Virus record (IMG/VR): IMGVR_UViG_3300030380_000566
Location: 1 to 51,883 of that record
Length of the DNA: 51,883 bases
Direction: 5' to 3' (one strand)
Source: a virus
Lineage: Duplodnaviria > Caudoviricetes
The translations under genes and the position numbers were made by a program. The notes beneath the pieces were generated by a model. It had not been told where the DNA came from, did not search any database, and was given only the letters and a program-made list of their open reading frames with translations. Positions 28,986 through 37,717 of this stretch are shown in pieces (position 1 is the first letter of the stretch; every line of letters starts with the position of its first letter).

Positions 28986-29042
28986 TTTACTTATTTGAAC
29001 AGATGGCGTATAACATAGTTATAACTGAGAAAGGAATAAATT
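28986..29042 (+). promoter_or_regulatory. Rightward promoter with operator, and SD
   Basis: TTTACT (28986)-17bp-TATAAC (29009). The spacer holds TATTTGAACAGATG. Leader CTGAGAAAGGAATAAATTATG. Confidence 0.7.
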
Positions 29043-29684
29043 ATGATAGTACAATATGATTATAAAGGCGAACCAATTCAAACTTTTAGAAGAACTTTTG
29101 AACATAGAAAAAAGTACACTGGTAATGAGCCTACTAAATGGGAACACTTTAAGGATGACTTCAATCAAATCAGAAAACATTTTGAAACTGGTCGTTGTAG
29201 ATTTTATAATGATGATGAGAAAAAAGTTTATGTTCACTCTAGAAAGATAGTAGACCATGTAGAGAAATATGGTGAAGAACCTATGGACGTTTGCTTAAGT
29301 GATGTTTGGGATTTAAGTGATTTAGTTAGTTTTGTTTTAAAAACTTTAGAACATAGAAAGTCTCCTGTTCATTATAACTATGCTAACCATATGGGTTGGA
29401 CTGATGTTAACCCTTGGGAGGTTACTATGATAGTTAGTGAGAAGACTATTGAAGTTAAAGAGATGACTGCTACTAAAGATGATTCTGTTAAACTTAAATG
29501 GGTAGCTGGAGGGTTTGCTGGTCATTGCGTTAATCAAAGAGACCAAGAATGGTTTATAGAATCTAATCCTAATGGTGCAAGAAAAAGAATCCGTAGAAGA
29601 AAAGATGGATTCTGGTATGATAAATATAACAACAGATTTGTATTATCATTTGAACCACATAAGTTTTACGACTATAACTTTTAA
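29043..29684 (+). CDS. Hypothetical early protein
   Basis: 213 aa, aromatic-rich, ends KFYDYNF; has its own promoter and terminator. Confidence 0.7.
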   Translation: MIVQYDYKGEPIQTFRRTFEHRKKYTGNEPTKWEHFKDDFNQIRKHFETGRCRFYNDDEKKVYVHSRKIVDHVEKYGEEPMDVCLSDVWDLSDLVSFVLKTLEHRKSPVHYNYANHMGWTDVNPWEVTMIVSEKTIEVKEMTATKDDSVKLKWVAGGFAGHCVNQRDQEWFIESNPNGARKRIRRRKDGFWYDKYNNRFVLSFEPHKFYDYNF

Positions 29685-29703
29685 TAATTATTTTCATAAT
29701 AAT

Positions 29704-29758
29704 AAAGGGCTACTTACTCCTTAATTCTTACTCCAATCAAGTAGCCCTTTTTATTTTT
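29704..29758. terminator. Bidirectional terminator-like hairpin between convergent genes
   Basis: AAAGGGCTACTT (29704-29715) pairs with AAGTAGCCCTTT (29739-29750); 23-nt loop; A/T tracts on both sides. Confidence 0.65.
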
Positions 29759-30062
29759 TCTTTTGTTGTTTATTTTTTAGAACTTGTTTAGCTTTCTTTG
29801 CAATTTTAACTACTTCATTCTTGCCCATAACTTTTGCCCTTTGTTCCATTACAGTTAAGATTTGAATCTTTCTTGCATATGGTTTAGAAATCTTTTTAAC
29901 TTTCTTTACAGTTTCTCTGGCATCAGATGGAGTAGCAAATTTTATTTTTACAGTATCTTTAGGATTCTCATCTGTATATAATCTTCTTGAAGACCCTTTA
30001 GGTTTTCTACCTGTACCAACTTTAGGATCTTTCTTTTTTCTTTTTGTAATTTTATTTGCCAT
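29751..30062 (-). CDS. Lys-rich small protein
   Basis: 103 aa; KDPKVGTGRKPKGSSRRLYTDENPKDTV motif. Confidence 0.65.
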   Translation of the reverse strand: MANKITKRKKKDPKVGTGRKPKGSSRRLYTDENPKDTVKIKFATPSDARETVKKVKKISKPYARKIQILTVMEQRAKVMGKNEVVKIAKKAKQVLKNKQQKKK

Positions 30063-30066
30063 AATA

Positions 30067-30166
30067 TTTTAGCCGAAGCAGTAAACTAAACACAACATAT
30101 AGTAATTTATCCCCAAATTATCATAACAATTGTTATTAATGGTTTTAAAAAATACTTCGGCTAAAA
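30067..30166. repeat. 12-bp perfect inverted repeat with a 76-nt spacer
   Basis: TTTTAGCCGAAG (30067-30078) and CTTCGGCTAAAA (30155-30166), in the gap before terS. Confidence 0.7.
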
Positions 30167-30310
30167 ATAATTATCTTATTCCAATAAATAAAAATAAAGT
30201 GTTAATTAAGTTATTAATCAAATAATTCTGCACATATAAATTAAAAGTGTTGATTTTCATAAGTTATTTTTTATTTTAATTAGGAATTGCAACATTTATG
30301 CGAGGATAAA

Positions 30311-30877
30311 GTGTCGGAAGAAAATACAGAAAATAAAAGAAAAAGAGGAAGACCACCAAAGCCACCAGAACCAAAGGTTCAAGTGCAAAGACCAATTAAA
30401 AATGGACCACACAATAAATTCAATGGATCTTTTAAATCTGTAGAGCCATTAGGCACAGAAAAGGTTTTTAGGAAAAAGAGATATAAGTGGAACCATCAAG
30501 CATTAATAAACTGGATTATGGGACAAGCAGATCCTGCAGGCTTTCTTGGTGCAGTGATGACAGGCAAAGAAATATTCCCAGTATACAAGCAAGATGGTGA
30601 AGGTAAAGTAGAACATGTAGGCAAAGTATCAGCTGACCCAGAATTAAGAGTTATGGCAGCAAAAACTCTGTTAGGTAAATGTGTTCCTGATTTAAAAGCT
30701 GTAGAAATTAATTCAACAGTTGAGCAAAAGAAAGTAATTGACATAACAAGGATATCAAGCGATGACCTCAATACCATTGAACGAGCTCTTGAGCACTCTG
30801 TCATTGAATCAAGTGAAGGCAGAGAAGAGCAGGAGGAGTCTGAAGGAGTTTATCAAAAACAGCTGGACAACAGTTGA
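30311..30877 (+). CDS. terS: Terminase small subunit
   Basis: Directly upstream of and overlapping terL. KRKRGRPP N-terminus, AAKTLLGKCVPDLKAVE motif. GTG 30311 after GAGGA is a more likely start than TTG 30287. Confidence 0.7.
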   Translation: MSEENTENKRKRGRPPKPPEPKVQVQRPIKNGPHNKFNGSFKSVEPLGTEKVFRKKRYKWNHQALINWIMGQADPAGFLGAVMTGKEIFPVYKQDGEGKVEHVGKVSADPELRVMAAKTLLGKCVPDLKAVEINSTVEQKKVIDITRISSDDLNTIERALEHSVIESSEGREEQEESEGVYQKQLDNS

Positions 30878-32264
30878 ACCTGGAAGAGACTTCCACGACA
30901 ATTGGCACATTGATGCTATATGCGAACACTTACAAGCAGTAGTTGAAGGTGACATTAGGCGATTAATAATAAACATACCACCAAGACACATGAAGTCAAT
31001 TACAGCATCAGTGGCACTACCAGCATGGTGCTGGACTAAATATCCTAACAAGAGATTTCTGTTTGCTAGTTATGCCAACTCTTTGTCAATAAGAGATTCT
31101 GTAAAATGTAGAAGATTAATAGATAGTAAATGGTATCAAGAGCATTTTGGAGATATGTTTGATTTAACTACTGACCAGAACCAAAAGCAAAGGTTTGAGA
31201 ATAATAAAACTGGGATGCGCATAGCTACGTCAGTTGATGGAGCATTGACTGGTGAGGGTGGTGACATTATAGTTATAGATGACCCACACAATGTCAGAGA
31301 AGCAGAATCTACAACAGTACGTGAAGGTGTTCTTGATTGGTGGGACCAAGCCATGCAGACCAGACTCAATGACCCAAAGACAGGTGCATTCATTATTATC
31401 ATGCAACGAGTACATGACAATGACCTAACTGGCCATATACTTAGCAATGACTATGATTGGGACCATTTATGCCTACCAGCCAGACATGAAGCAAACCACC
31501 CATACCCATCAACCTCTACTATAGGCTTCAAAGACCCACGCACTGAAGAGGGAGAATTACTTTGGCCAAACAGGATAGACGAGTCCACACTAGACAAGCT
31601 TGAGCAATCACTAGGCATGTATGCTGCTTCTGGTCAATTACAACAACGACCATCACCCAAAGGTGGCTCAATATTAAAACAAAGATGGTGGCGAGAATGG
31701 GAAAGTGCAGACTTACCTTCTGTAGAATATGTGATACAATCATGGGACACTGCCTACTCAACAAAAGAGAAGTCAAGTTACTCTGCTAGAACTACTTGGG
31801 GTGTTTTTAAATATGAAGGTTGTTGGAATGCTATTGCTCTTGACTGTTGGTATGATAGAGTAAGCTATCCTGACCTCCGCAGAGAAGCACAAGAAGCATA
31901 TGACGATTATGAACCAGACGTTGTTCTAATTGAAAAGAAGGCTAGTGGTCAATCCCTAATACAAGACCTTAGGATGAGTGGTGTACCTGTGTTACCCTAT
32001 ATGCCAGACCGAGACAAAGAAGCACGTGCCCATGCAGCATCTGCACTTTTAGAAGATGGTAGAATCTGGTACCCAGCAAAAAAGAAGTGGGCAAAAGATC
32101 TGATTGAAATATGTTCTTCCTTTCCAACAGGAGAAAATGACGATATAGTAGATACATGTACACAAGCATGGCTCAGGCTACGCAAGTCTTGGTTCTTGAC
32201 CCACTCAGAAGATTGGGAAGATGAAGACCAAGAAATTATAGATAGGAAACCATTATATGGCTGA
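30762..32264 (+). CDS. terL: Terminase large subunit
   Basis: NIPPRHMKS (Walker A), IVIDDPH (Walker B), IMQR, QSWDTA, IEKKASG and DDIVD nuclease motifs. Confidence 0.95.
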   Translation: MTSIPLNELLSTLSLNQVKAEKSRRSLKEFIKNSWTTVEPGRDFHDNWHIDAICEHLQAVVEGDIRRLIINIPPRHMKSITASVALPAWCWTKYPNKRFLFASYANSLSIRDSVKCRRLIDSKWYQEHFGDMFDLTTDQNQKQRFENNKTGMRIATSVDGALTGEGGDIIVIDDPHNVREAESTTVREGVLDWWDQAMQTRLNDPKTGAFIIIMQRVHDNDLTGHILSNDYDWDHLCLPARHEANHPYPSTSTIGFKDPRTEEGELLWPNRIDESTLDKLEQSLGMYAASGQLQQRPSPKGGSILKQRWWREWESADLPSVEYVIQSWDTAYSTKEKSSYSARTTWGVFKYEGCWNAIALDCWYDRVSYPDLRREAQEAYDDYEPDVVLIEKKASGQSLIQDLRMSGVPVLPYMPDRDKEARAHAASALLEDGRIWYPAKKKWAKDLIEICSSFPTGENDDIVDTCTQAWLRLRKSWFLTHSEDWEDEDQEIIDRKPLYG

Positions 32265-34671
32265 AGATAAAAATGTAATACCCTTTACCGAAGGTGCTCC
32301 TCCTGACGACCTTGAAGTAGAGGAGACAAATGATGGTAATGTTCTTATAGGTGAAGCAGAAGAAACCACAGAACCAAAAACAGATTTTTACAGTAACCTA
32401 GCAGAACAAATCGACGAAAGAGAATTATTAGGACACTCCTCAGAGTTGCTAGACTACTACCACACAGACCGAGAAGCAAGATCCAACTGGGAAGAAAGAT
32501 ATAAAGAAGGTTTAAAAACTCTTGACCCAGACGGAGGTCTACAAGAAGACGACTCAGAAAGAGCAGCAAGAGGATTAAGCCAAGTTGTGCATCCTATGAT
32601 AGCTGAAGCTGCAACACAATTTCAATCTAGGGCTATAGCCGAACTGTTTCCTGCTGCTGGTCCTGTAAAGACTGTAACAGTAGGTGAGTCAGACGAAGCA
32701 GTCAAAGAACAAGCCACTAGAGTTAAAGATTATATGAATTACCAACTTCTAGAAGAGATGCCTGAGTACTTCCCTGATATAGACCAGATGTTATTTCATC
32801 TACCACTCATCGGGCAAACTTTTAAAAAAGTATGGTACGACCCATCCATGGGCAGAGTGACGAGTCGCTTTGTTAAAGCTGAAGACTTCGTGGTTGCTGC
32901 AGAGAGTACTGACCTTTTAACTTCTCCTAGATATACGCATGTTATTCAATTACCTCGTAACGAATACAATAGGTTTGTACAAGCTGGGTATTATCTGCCT
33001 GTGGATAGTTATTCTGGTGATGGTGGGGATAGTTATGATGAAACTGTATACGAGGTCGAAGGTGTAAGCCCAGAAGGTTCTGAAAGCATAGATGAGCAGA
33101 TGACCTTACTAGAGATGCACACTTATAGAATATTAGATGGTATTGATGGAGCCAATGTTGAGGACGAGAACTTTGTTGCTTTACCTTACGTGATAACAAT
33201 AGATTCAGGTTCACAACGCATTGTCTCTGTAAGACGTAACTGGGACGAACAAGATGAAGATAAAAAGAAACGTAACTGGTTTGTAGAATATAAGTTCTTA
33301 CCAGGATTAGGATTTTATGGCTTTGGACTTTACCACTTGATTGGTGGGCTGGGTCGTGCTGCTACTGGTTCACTAAGAGCATTACTAGACTCCGCAGCAT
33401 TTTCAAATATGCAAGGTGGCTTTAAATTAAAAGGTAGAGTTCCAGGAGGAGACATGCAAATCAATCCTGGAGAGTTTGTTGATTTAGATGCTGCGGTTGA
33501 TGATGTGAATAAGGCTATATTGCCTTTACCTTTTAAAGAGCCTAGTGGTACATTATTTAATTTATTAGGTTTTATTGTTGATGCTGGTAGAAGGTATGCA
33601 GCAGTAGCAGATTTAAATGTAGGTGATGCTAATCCTAATGCACCTGTGGGCACAACTATAGCAATGTTGGAACAAGGTTCTAAAATATTCTCAGCTATTC
33701 ATAAAAGACTACACTACGCACAAGGTCAAGAGTTTAAAATGATAGCTAAGTTGAACTCCGAGACGTTGCCTGAGGTTTTTAAGTTTGCTGCGAGTGGTGC
33801 GAGTAAGATGATTAATGCTGCGGACTTTGATGATAGAATAGATATTATCCCAGTTAGCGATCCTAGTATTTTTAGTTCTACTCAACGTATCGCACAAGCC
33901 CAAGCTATACTACAACTCGCTCAATCAGCACCGCAACTCCACGATGTATATGAAGCTTATAAAAGAATGTATGAAGCTATACGAGTGCCCAACATTGATG
34001 AGATATTAAAAAAACCTGAGCAGGCTCCAAAGCTTGACCCAGTAGACGAGAATATTGCCGTCATGTTAGGTAAACCTATAAAAGCCTTCATAGACCAAGA
34101 CCATGAAGCACACATCGCTGTACACATGCAGTTTTTATCAGACCCATCCTTAGCTGGTAATAAGTTAGCACAAAAGACTATTGGTCCTGTATTGATTGCC
34201 CATATTGCGGAACACATGGCTCTACTTTATAGAGTCAGGATGCAAAAAGCTATGGGTGTAGAATTACCACCACTACCAGATATCAGAGATCCTAAGTTTA
34301 AGTTTGAAGATGTGTCGCCACAGATGGACAATATGATTGCTGAAAGAGCAGCACAAGTCATACAACAAGCTCCAAAGATGAAGCCAATCCCAGGAGTAGA
34401 TAAACTAGGTGGAGGAGACCCAATGAATTATGCACAACAACTCGCTAAAATTGAAGCCGAAGCAGTTAAGGCAAGGACTCAAGCCGAAATCCAAGCTGAC
34501 CAAGCAAAGGCAAAATCAGATATCCAGATTGACCAAGCTAAAGCACAAGTCGATATTCAAAAATCTATGCAAAAGCTAAAAGCTGAACTTGAAGGTAAAA
34601 TGGCTAAACTTCAAGCTGAAATACAAATAGCCAGAGAAAAAGAAATTATAAAAGCTAATAAGGAGACTTAA
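32257..34671 (+). CDS. Portal protein
   Basis: 804 aa after terL. HPMIAEA, FKKVWYD, GFYGFGL and PLPFKEPS motifs; long Q/A/K coiled-coil barrel at the C-terminus (P22-like). Confidence 0.9.
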   Translation: MAEDKNVIPFTEGAPPDDLEVEETNDGNVLIGEAEETTEPKTDFYSNLAEQIDERELLGHSSELLDYYHTDREARSNWEERYKEGLKTLDPDGGLQEDDSERAARGLSQVVHPMIAEAATQFQSRAIAELFPAAGPVKTVTVGESDEAVKEQATRVKDYMNYQLLEEMPEYFPDIDQMLFHLPLIGQTFKKVWYDPSMGRVTSRFVKAEDFVVAAESTDLLTSPRYTHVIQLPRNEYNRFVQAGYYLPVDSYSGDGGDSYDETVYEVEGVSPEGSESIDEQMTLLEMHTYRILDGIDGANVEDENFVALPYVITIDSGSQRIVSVRRNWDEQDEDKKKRNWFVEYKFLPGLGFYGFGLYHLIGGLGRAATGSLRALLDSAAFSNMQGGFKLKGRVPGGDMQINPGEFVDLDAAVDDVNKAILPLPFKEPSGTLFNLLGFIVDAGRRYAAVADLNVGDANPNAPVGTTIAMLEQGSKIFSAIHKRLHYAQGQEFKMIAKLNSETLPEVFKFAASGASKMINAADFDDRIDIIPVSDPSIFSSTQRIAQAQAILQLAQSAPQLHDVYEAYKRMYEAIRVPNIDEILKKPEQAPKLDPVDENIAVMLGKPIKAFIDQDHEAHIAVHMQFLSDPSLAGNKLAQKTIGPVLIAHIAEHMALLYRVRMQKAMGVELPPLPDIRDPKFKFEDVSPQMDNMIAERAAQVIQQAPKMKPIPGVDKLGGGDPMNYAQQLAKIEAEAVKARTQAEIQADQAKAKSDIQIDQAKAQVDIQKSMQKLKAELEGKMAKLQAEIQIAREKEIIKANKET

Positions 34672-35142
34672 ATGGACGAAAAAACTTTTATGGACAAGTA
34701 CATGGCAGCATTTAGTAAATTTACAGATGCTCAAGCCAAAGGTGAAGATGTTAATCAAGTGTTTGCTGATATGAAAAAGAATATGCCAGGAGCAATGACT
34801 GATAAAGAATTAGATTTTATGTCAAACAAAGACAGATACCCAGTAGATAAATCAGGACCAGTTAGTGATAAAGAATTAGAATTTATGAACAAGATGGCTG
34901 ACCCAGGACCATCCGCAGACTACACAACAGGACCAATAGAGATTCCTGAAGGTGTTGACCCATCAATGTTTAATGAAATACCAACAACAAAAGAAGACAT
35001 GGGCTCACTACCAGGACCAGTTAGTGATAGAGACATGCAGTTTATGCAAAAAACAATGCCACAAGCAGTCAGCCCTATGGGTAGTATGATAAACAATGTA
35101 GAAGATTTTTTAAGTAACTTAGGTAGAAAGGTAGGAAAATAA
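34672..35142 (+). CDS. Met/Pro/acidic repeat protein
   Basis: Three imperfect repeats: GAMTDKELDFM, GPVSDKELEFM, GPVSDRDMQFM. Confidence 0.65.
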   Translation: MDEKTFMDKYMAAFSKFTDAQAKGEDVNQVFADMKKNMPGAMTDKELDFMSNKDRYPVDKSGPVSDKELEFMNKMADPGPSADYTTGPIEIPEGVDPSMFNEIPTTKEDMGSLPGPVSDRDMQFMQKTMPQAVSPMGSMINNVEDFLSNLGRKVGK

Positions 35143-35381
35143 TGCCAAATAATGTAGATGTAATGGGAATGTTTGAAGCTAAGATGGGCTTTTCAGCTAG
35201 TGAAGTACCAATGACCGAAGAACAAGTAACACAGTTCATGCTCCTCTGTCAGCAACAAATGTTAGGTTTACCAGAAGAAGAACACATGGAAGACGAAGAA
35301 CCTATGAAGAGTGGTTCTGTAAAAATAATTAAGATAGGCAAAGGTTCATCAATGATGGACAATATGCTAGAAGATGGCTGA
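35142..35381 (+). CDS. Small acidic hypothetical protein
   Basis: 79 aa, translationally coupled. Confidence 0.6.
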   Translation: MPNNVDVMGMFEAKMGFSASEVPMTEEQVTQFMLLCQQQMLGLPEEEHMEDEEPMKSGSVKIIKIGKGSSMMDNMLEDG

Positions 35382-36060
35382 TAAAGTTACAGGAGTTTTA
35401 AACCTTTTAAAAGGTTTAGTAAAACAAACCCCAACTTCTAAAAGTACAGACCTAGTCATACCCACTAAAGCTGAGTTAGAAAAATTACCTCCAGACGATT
35501 TAGAAAAAATATCTAACCAACTTAAACAAGCCACCAATGTAGACCGAAGAGAGCTCATGAGAGGTGCTTTAGGTACTATAATGAATACAGCTATGGATGT
35601 AGGCACTTTAGGTAAAGTTGTTAAAGCTATTGAGCCACCTAAAAAAGTTAAACCAATAAAAGAATCTATAGACCTTATACCTAAATTTTTTGATGACTTT
35701 AGAGAAGATCTTCGTGAGAGATTAGTAGATAATAAAATAGATGAGTTTATGGCTGAAGAAGGCATAGATGATTTAGATGCATATGCTGCTGAAACAGGTG
35801 TTGAAATTGACCCTGTAATAGATTCTTACGAGTTAGACCAACCTTTAGTAGAACTTTGGATGTATTTGAAAAAACCTAAAAAAGACATAGAGTATGAATA
35901 TTTAGATAATGAATTATCAGATATCGAAACATTTATGAAAGATAATAATATATCTAATGAAGAGATGATTAAAAAAATAGAAGAGCAAGGTTTAAAACCC
36001 GATAACCAAGAATTAAAAGATTATGGTTTAGAAGAACTTATAGAGAAAAAAGATGGTTAA
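35374..36060 (+). CDS. Acidic hypothetical protein with N-terminal leader shared with the next gene
   Basis: 228 aa; LNLLK...KQTP...IPTKAELEK leader; very acidic C-terminal half. Confidence 0.65.
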   Translation: MADKVTGVLNLLKGLVKQTPTSKSTDLVIPTKAELEKLPPDDLEKISNQLKQATNVDRRELMRGALGTIMNTAMDVGTLGKVVKAIEPPKKVKPIKESIDLIPKFFDDFREDLRERLVDNKIDEFMAEEGIDDLDAYAAETGVEIDPVIDSYELDQPLVELWMYLKKPKKDIEYEYLDNELSDIETFMKDNNISNEEMIKKIEEQGLKPDNQELKDYGLEELIEKKDG

Positions 36061-37195
36061 ACTTACTCCAGGAGCATTGCTTAATTTATTAAAGCAAACA
36101 CCAAAAACTAATCCACCTTCAGGTACAATATCTAAAATACCTAATAAACAAGAACTTGAAAGAGCATCAATTAGAGATCTTCAATTATTTAAAATGAATA
36201 AAGGTAGAGAGCCTACTCCTGAAGAAACTAAACTCATATTAGACAATAATATAGGTGCATTAGGTTTTGTAAATTTAAGCGACTTAGTAAACAGAGGTGC
36301 ACTAAAAGATATTTATAGAAGTCCAGGAATATTAAGAGAAGGATATGCTGATGATTTAGGTCAAGTTGGTAGACCTACTCCCAAAACTTTAAGTCGTGAA
36401 GGTACAACTAAATCAACTAGCTTAATTGATACTGGAGATGTTGAGTTGAATGACTTTGTTAATAGTCTGCGTTTAGATCCTAATAGTGGTGATGGTGGTC
36501 TCGCAGATACTATAAAAGGAATATTATATGATAAAGCTAATAAAGGTGCTGGGTTTTACGAACAAGATTTTTATACAGACATTATTACTAATAGTAAAGG
36601 TGAACGCATGGGCTATAGGAATAGTGATGAGTATAAAGAAGCTATGTTAGAGTATGATGACTTTGATGAAATGCTTAATCCTCAAGTTCGTATAAGAGTT
36701 CCAAAACATAGTAAAGTAGTTAATTATTTCAAAGACACTGCTAAAAATTACTTAGATGAAAAAGGTTTAGGAGATAAAATTTATTTATTTAGACAAGGCA
36801 GATTAGACAAAGGCGAGATAAAACATGATCCTGACCCAAAAGAGCCACTGTCTTTTTCATTAAGCCCAGAGCCTAAAGGTAATATTTTTCAAGTAAACTC
36901 TCGTGTTGATGTGTACGTTATAGACAAAAACGATGTACAAGCTTTACCAAACCTTCATAAAAGAGGAGGTTCAGACTATGCTCTTGAAGAAGAAGTTTTA
37001 GCTGCAGGTGAAGATGTAGCTTATGTAGGTTCAATAGGTGATTATACTTTCGAAAGTGGTATTAAAATTAAAGATGTTGATGGTAGTAATCCTTACATCT
37101 ATAAAGACAAACAAGGCAATACTATTGAAGAATTAAGTAAAAAAGCTAAAATAGATTCAGAGCAATTTTTAAATCAACTCAAAGGAGATAAATAG
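36053..37195 (+). CDS. Putative ADP-ribosyltransferase-fold protein (R-S-E type)
   Basis: C-terminal IYLFRQG...LSFSLSP...EEEVL; same N-terminal leader as the previous gene. Confidence 0.5.
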   Translation: MVKLTPGALLNLLKQTPKTNPPSGTISKIPNKQELERASIRDLQLFKMNKGREPTPEETKLILDNNIGALGFVNLSDLVNRGALKDIYRSPGILREGYADDLGQVGRPTPKTLSREGTTKSTSLIDTGDVELNDFVNSLRLDPNSGDGGLADTIKGILYDKANKGAGFYEQDFYTDIITNSKGERMGYRNSDEYKEAMLEYDDFDEMLNPQVRIRVPKHSKVVNYFKDTAKNYLDEKGLGDKIYLFRQGRLDKGEIKHDPDPKEPLSFSLSPEPKGNIFQVNSRVDVYVIDKNDVQALPNLHKRGGSDYALEEEVLAAGEDVAYVGSIGDYTFESGIKIKDVDGSNPYIYKDKQGNTIEELSKKAKIDSEQFLNQLKGDK

Positions 37196-37464
37196 TGGCT
37201 AAACTACCTAAAGTAAAAAAAGTAAAAACTCCAGGAGGTTACATGGTACCAGCTAAGTATGTGGCTGGGTTAAGTGGTGAACAACGTAAGAAGAGATTAT
37301 TAGCCCTTGAAAAAATGCGTAAATCAGGTAAAGTTCTAGGAGATCTTCCAGGAGATAAAACACCTTCTGGTAAAAAAAGGAAAACAAAAGAATCTATATA
37401 CACTAAAAAATTTAGGAAAATGTATGGCAATAAACGCAAAACAAAAAAAGGCTCTAAAAAATAA
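37195..37464 (+). CDS. Lys-rich protein
   Basis: GTG start, SD AAGGAG; VPAKYVAGLS...LPGD...KTKESIYTKKFRKMYG. Confidence 0.65.
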   Translation: MAKLPKVKKVKTPGGYMVPAKYVAGLSGEQRKKRLLALEKMRKSGKVLGDLPGDKTPSGKKRKTKESIYTKKFRKMYGNKRKTKKGSKK

Positions 37465-37717
37465 AGCAGAAAAAGCCAACGCACCACTAGGTGCTCTAAC
37501 TACTATTTATAATAAAGGGTTAGGTGCTGCTGCTAGTGGCGGTCGTCGTCCAGGAGTCTCACCTTCAGCTTGGGCTATGGCTAGAGTTAACTCTGTATTG
37601 ACAGGTGGTAAAGCTAGACAAGTTGATAAAAAGCAGTGGGAACAAATACAAGCTTATCGTAGGAAGAACAAAGGTAAGAAAAAGAAAACATCACCAACAA
37701 AAAAAGGAGGTAAATGA
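37424..37717 (+). CDS. Lys-rich protein (DUF5824-like)
   Basis: IYNKGLGAAASGGRRPGVSPSAWAMARVNSVLTGGKA motif. Confidence 0.6.
   Translation: MAINAKQKKALKNKAEKANAPLGALTTIYNKGLGAAASGGRRPGVSPSAWAMARVNSVLTGGKARQVDKKQWEQIQAYRRKNKGKKKKTSPTKKGGK

Noticed and set aside
30762-30877. 116-nt terS/terL overlap as a programmed frameshift
   Set aside because: Such overlaps are common for terminase genes, and no slippery heptamer was seen.
35540-35580. Twin-arginine-like motif DRRELMRGALG
   Set aside because: It is about 55 residues from the start and lacks a proper hydrophobic region, so Tat export is not supported.
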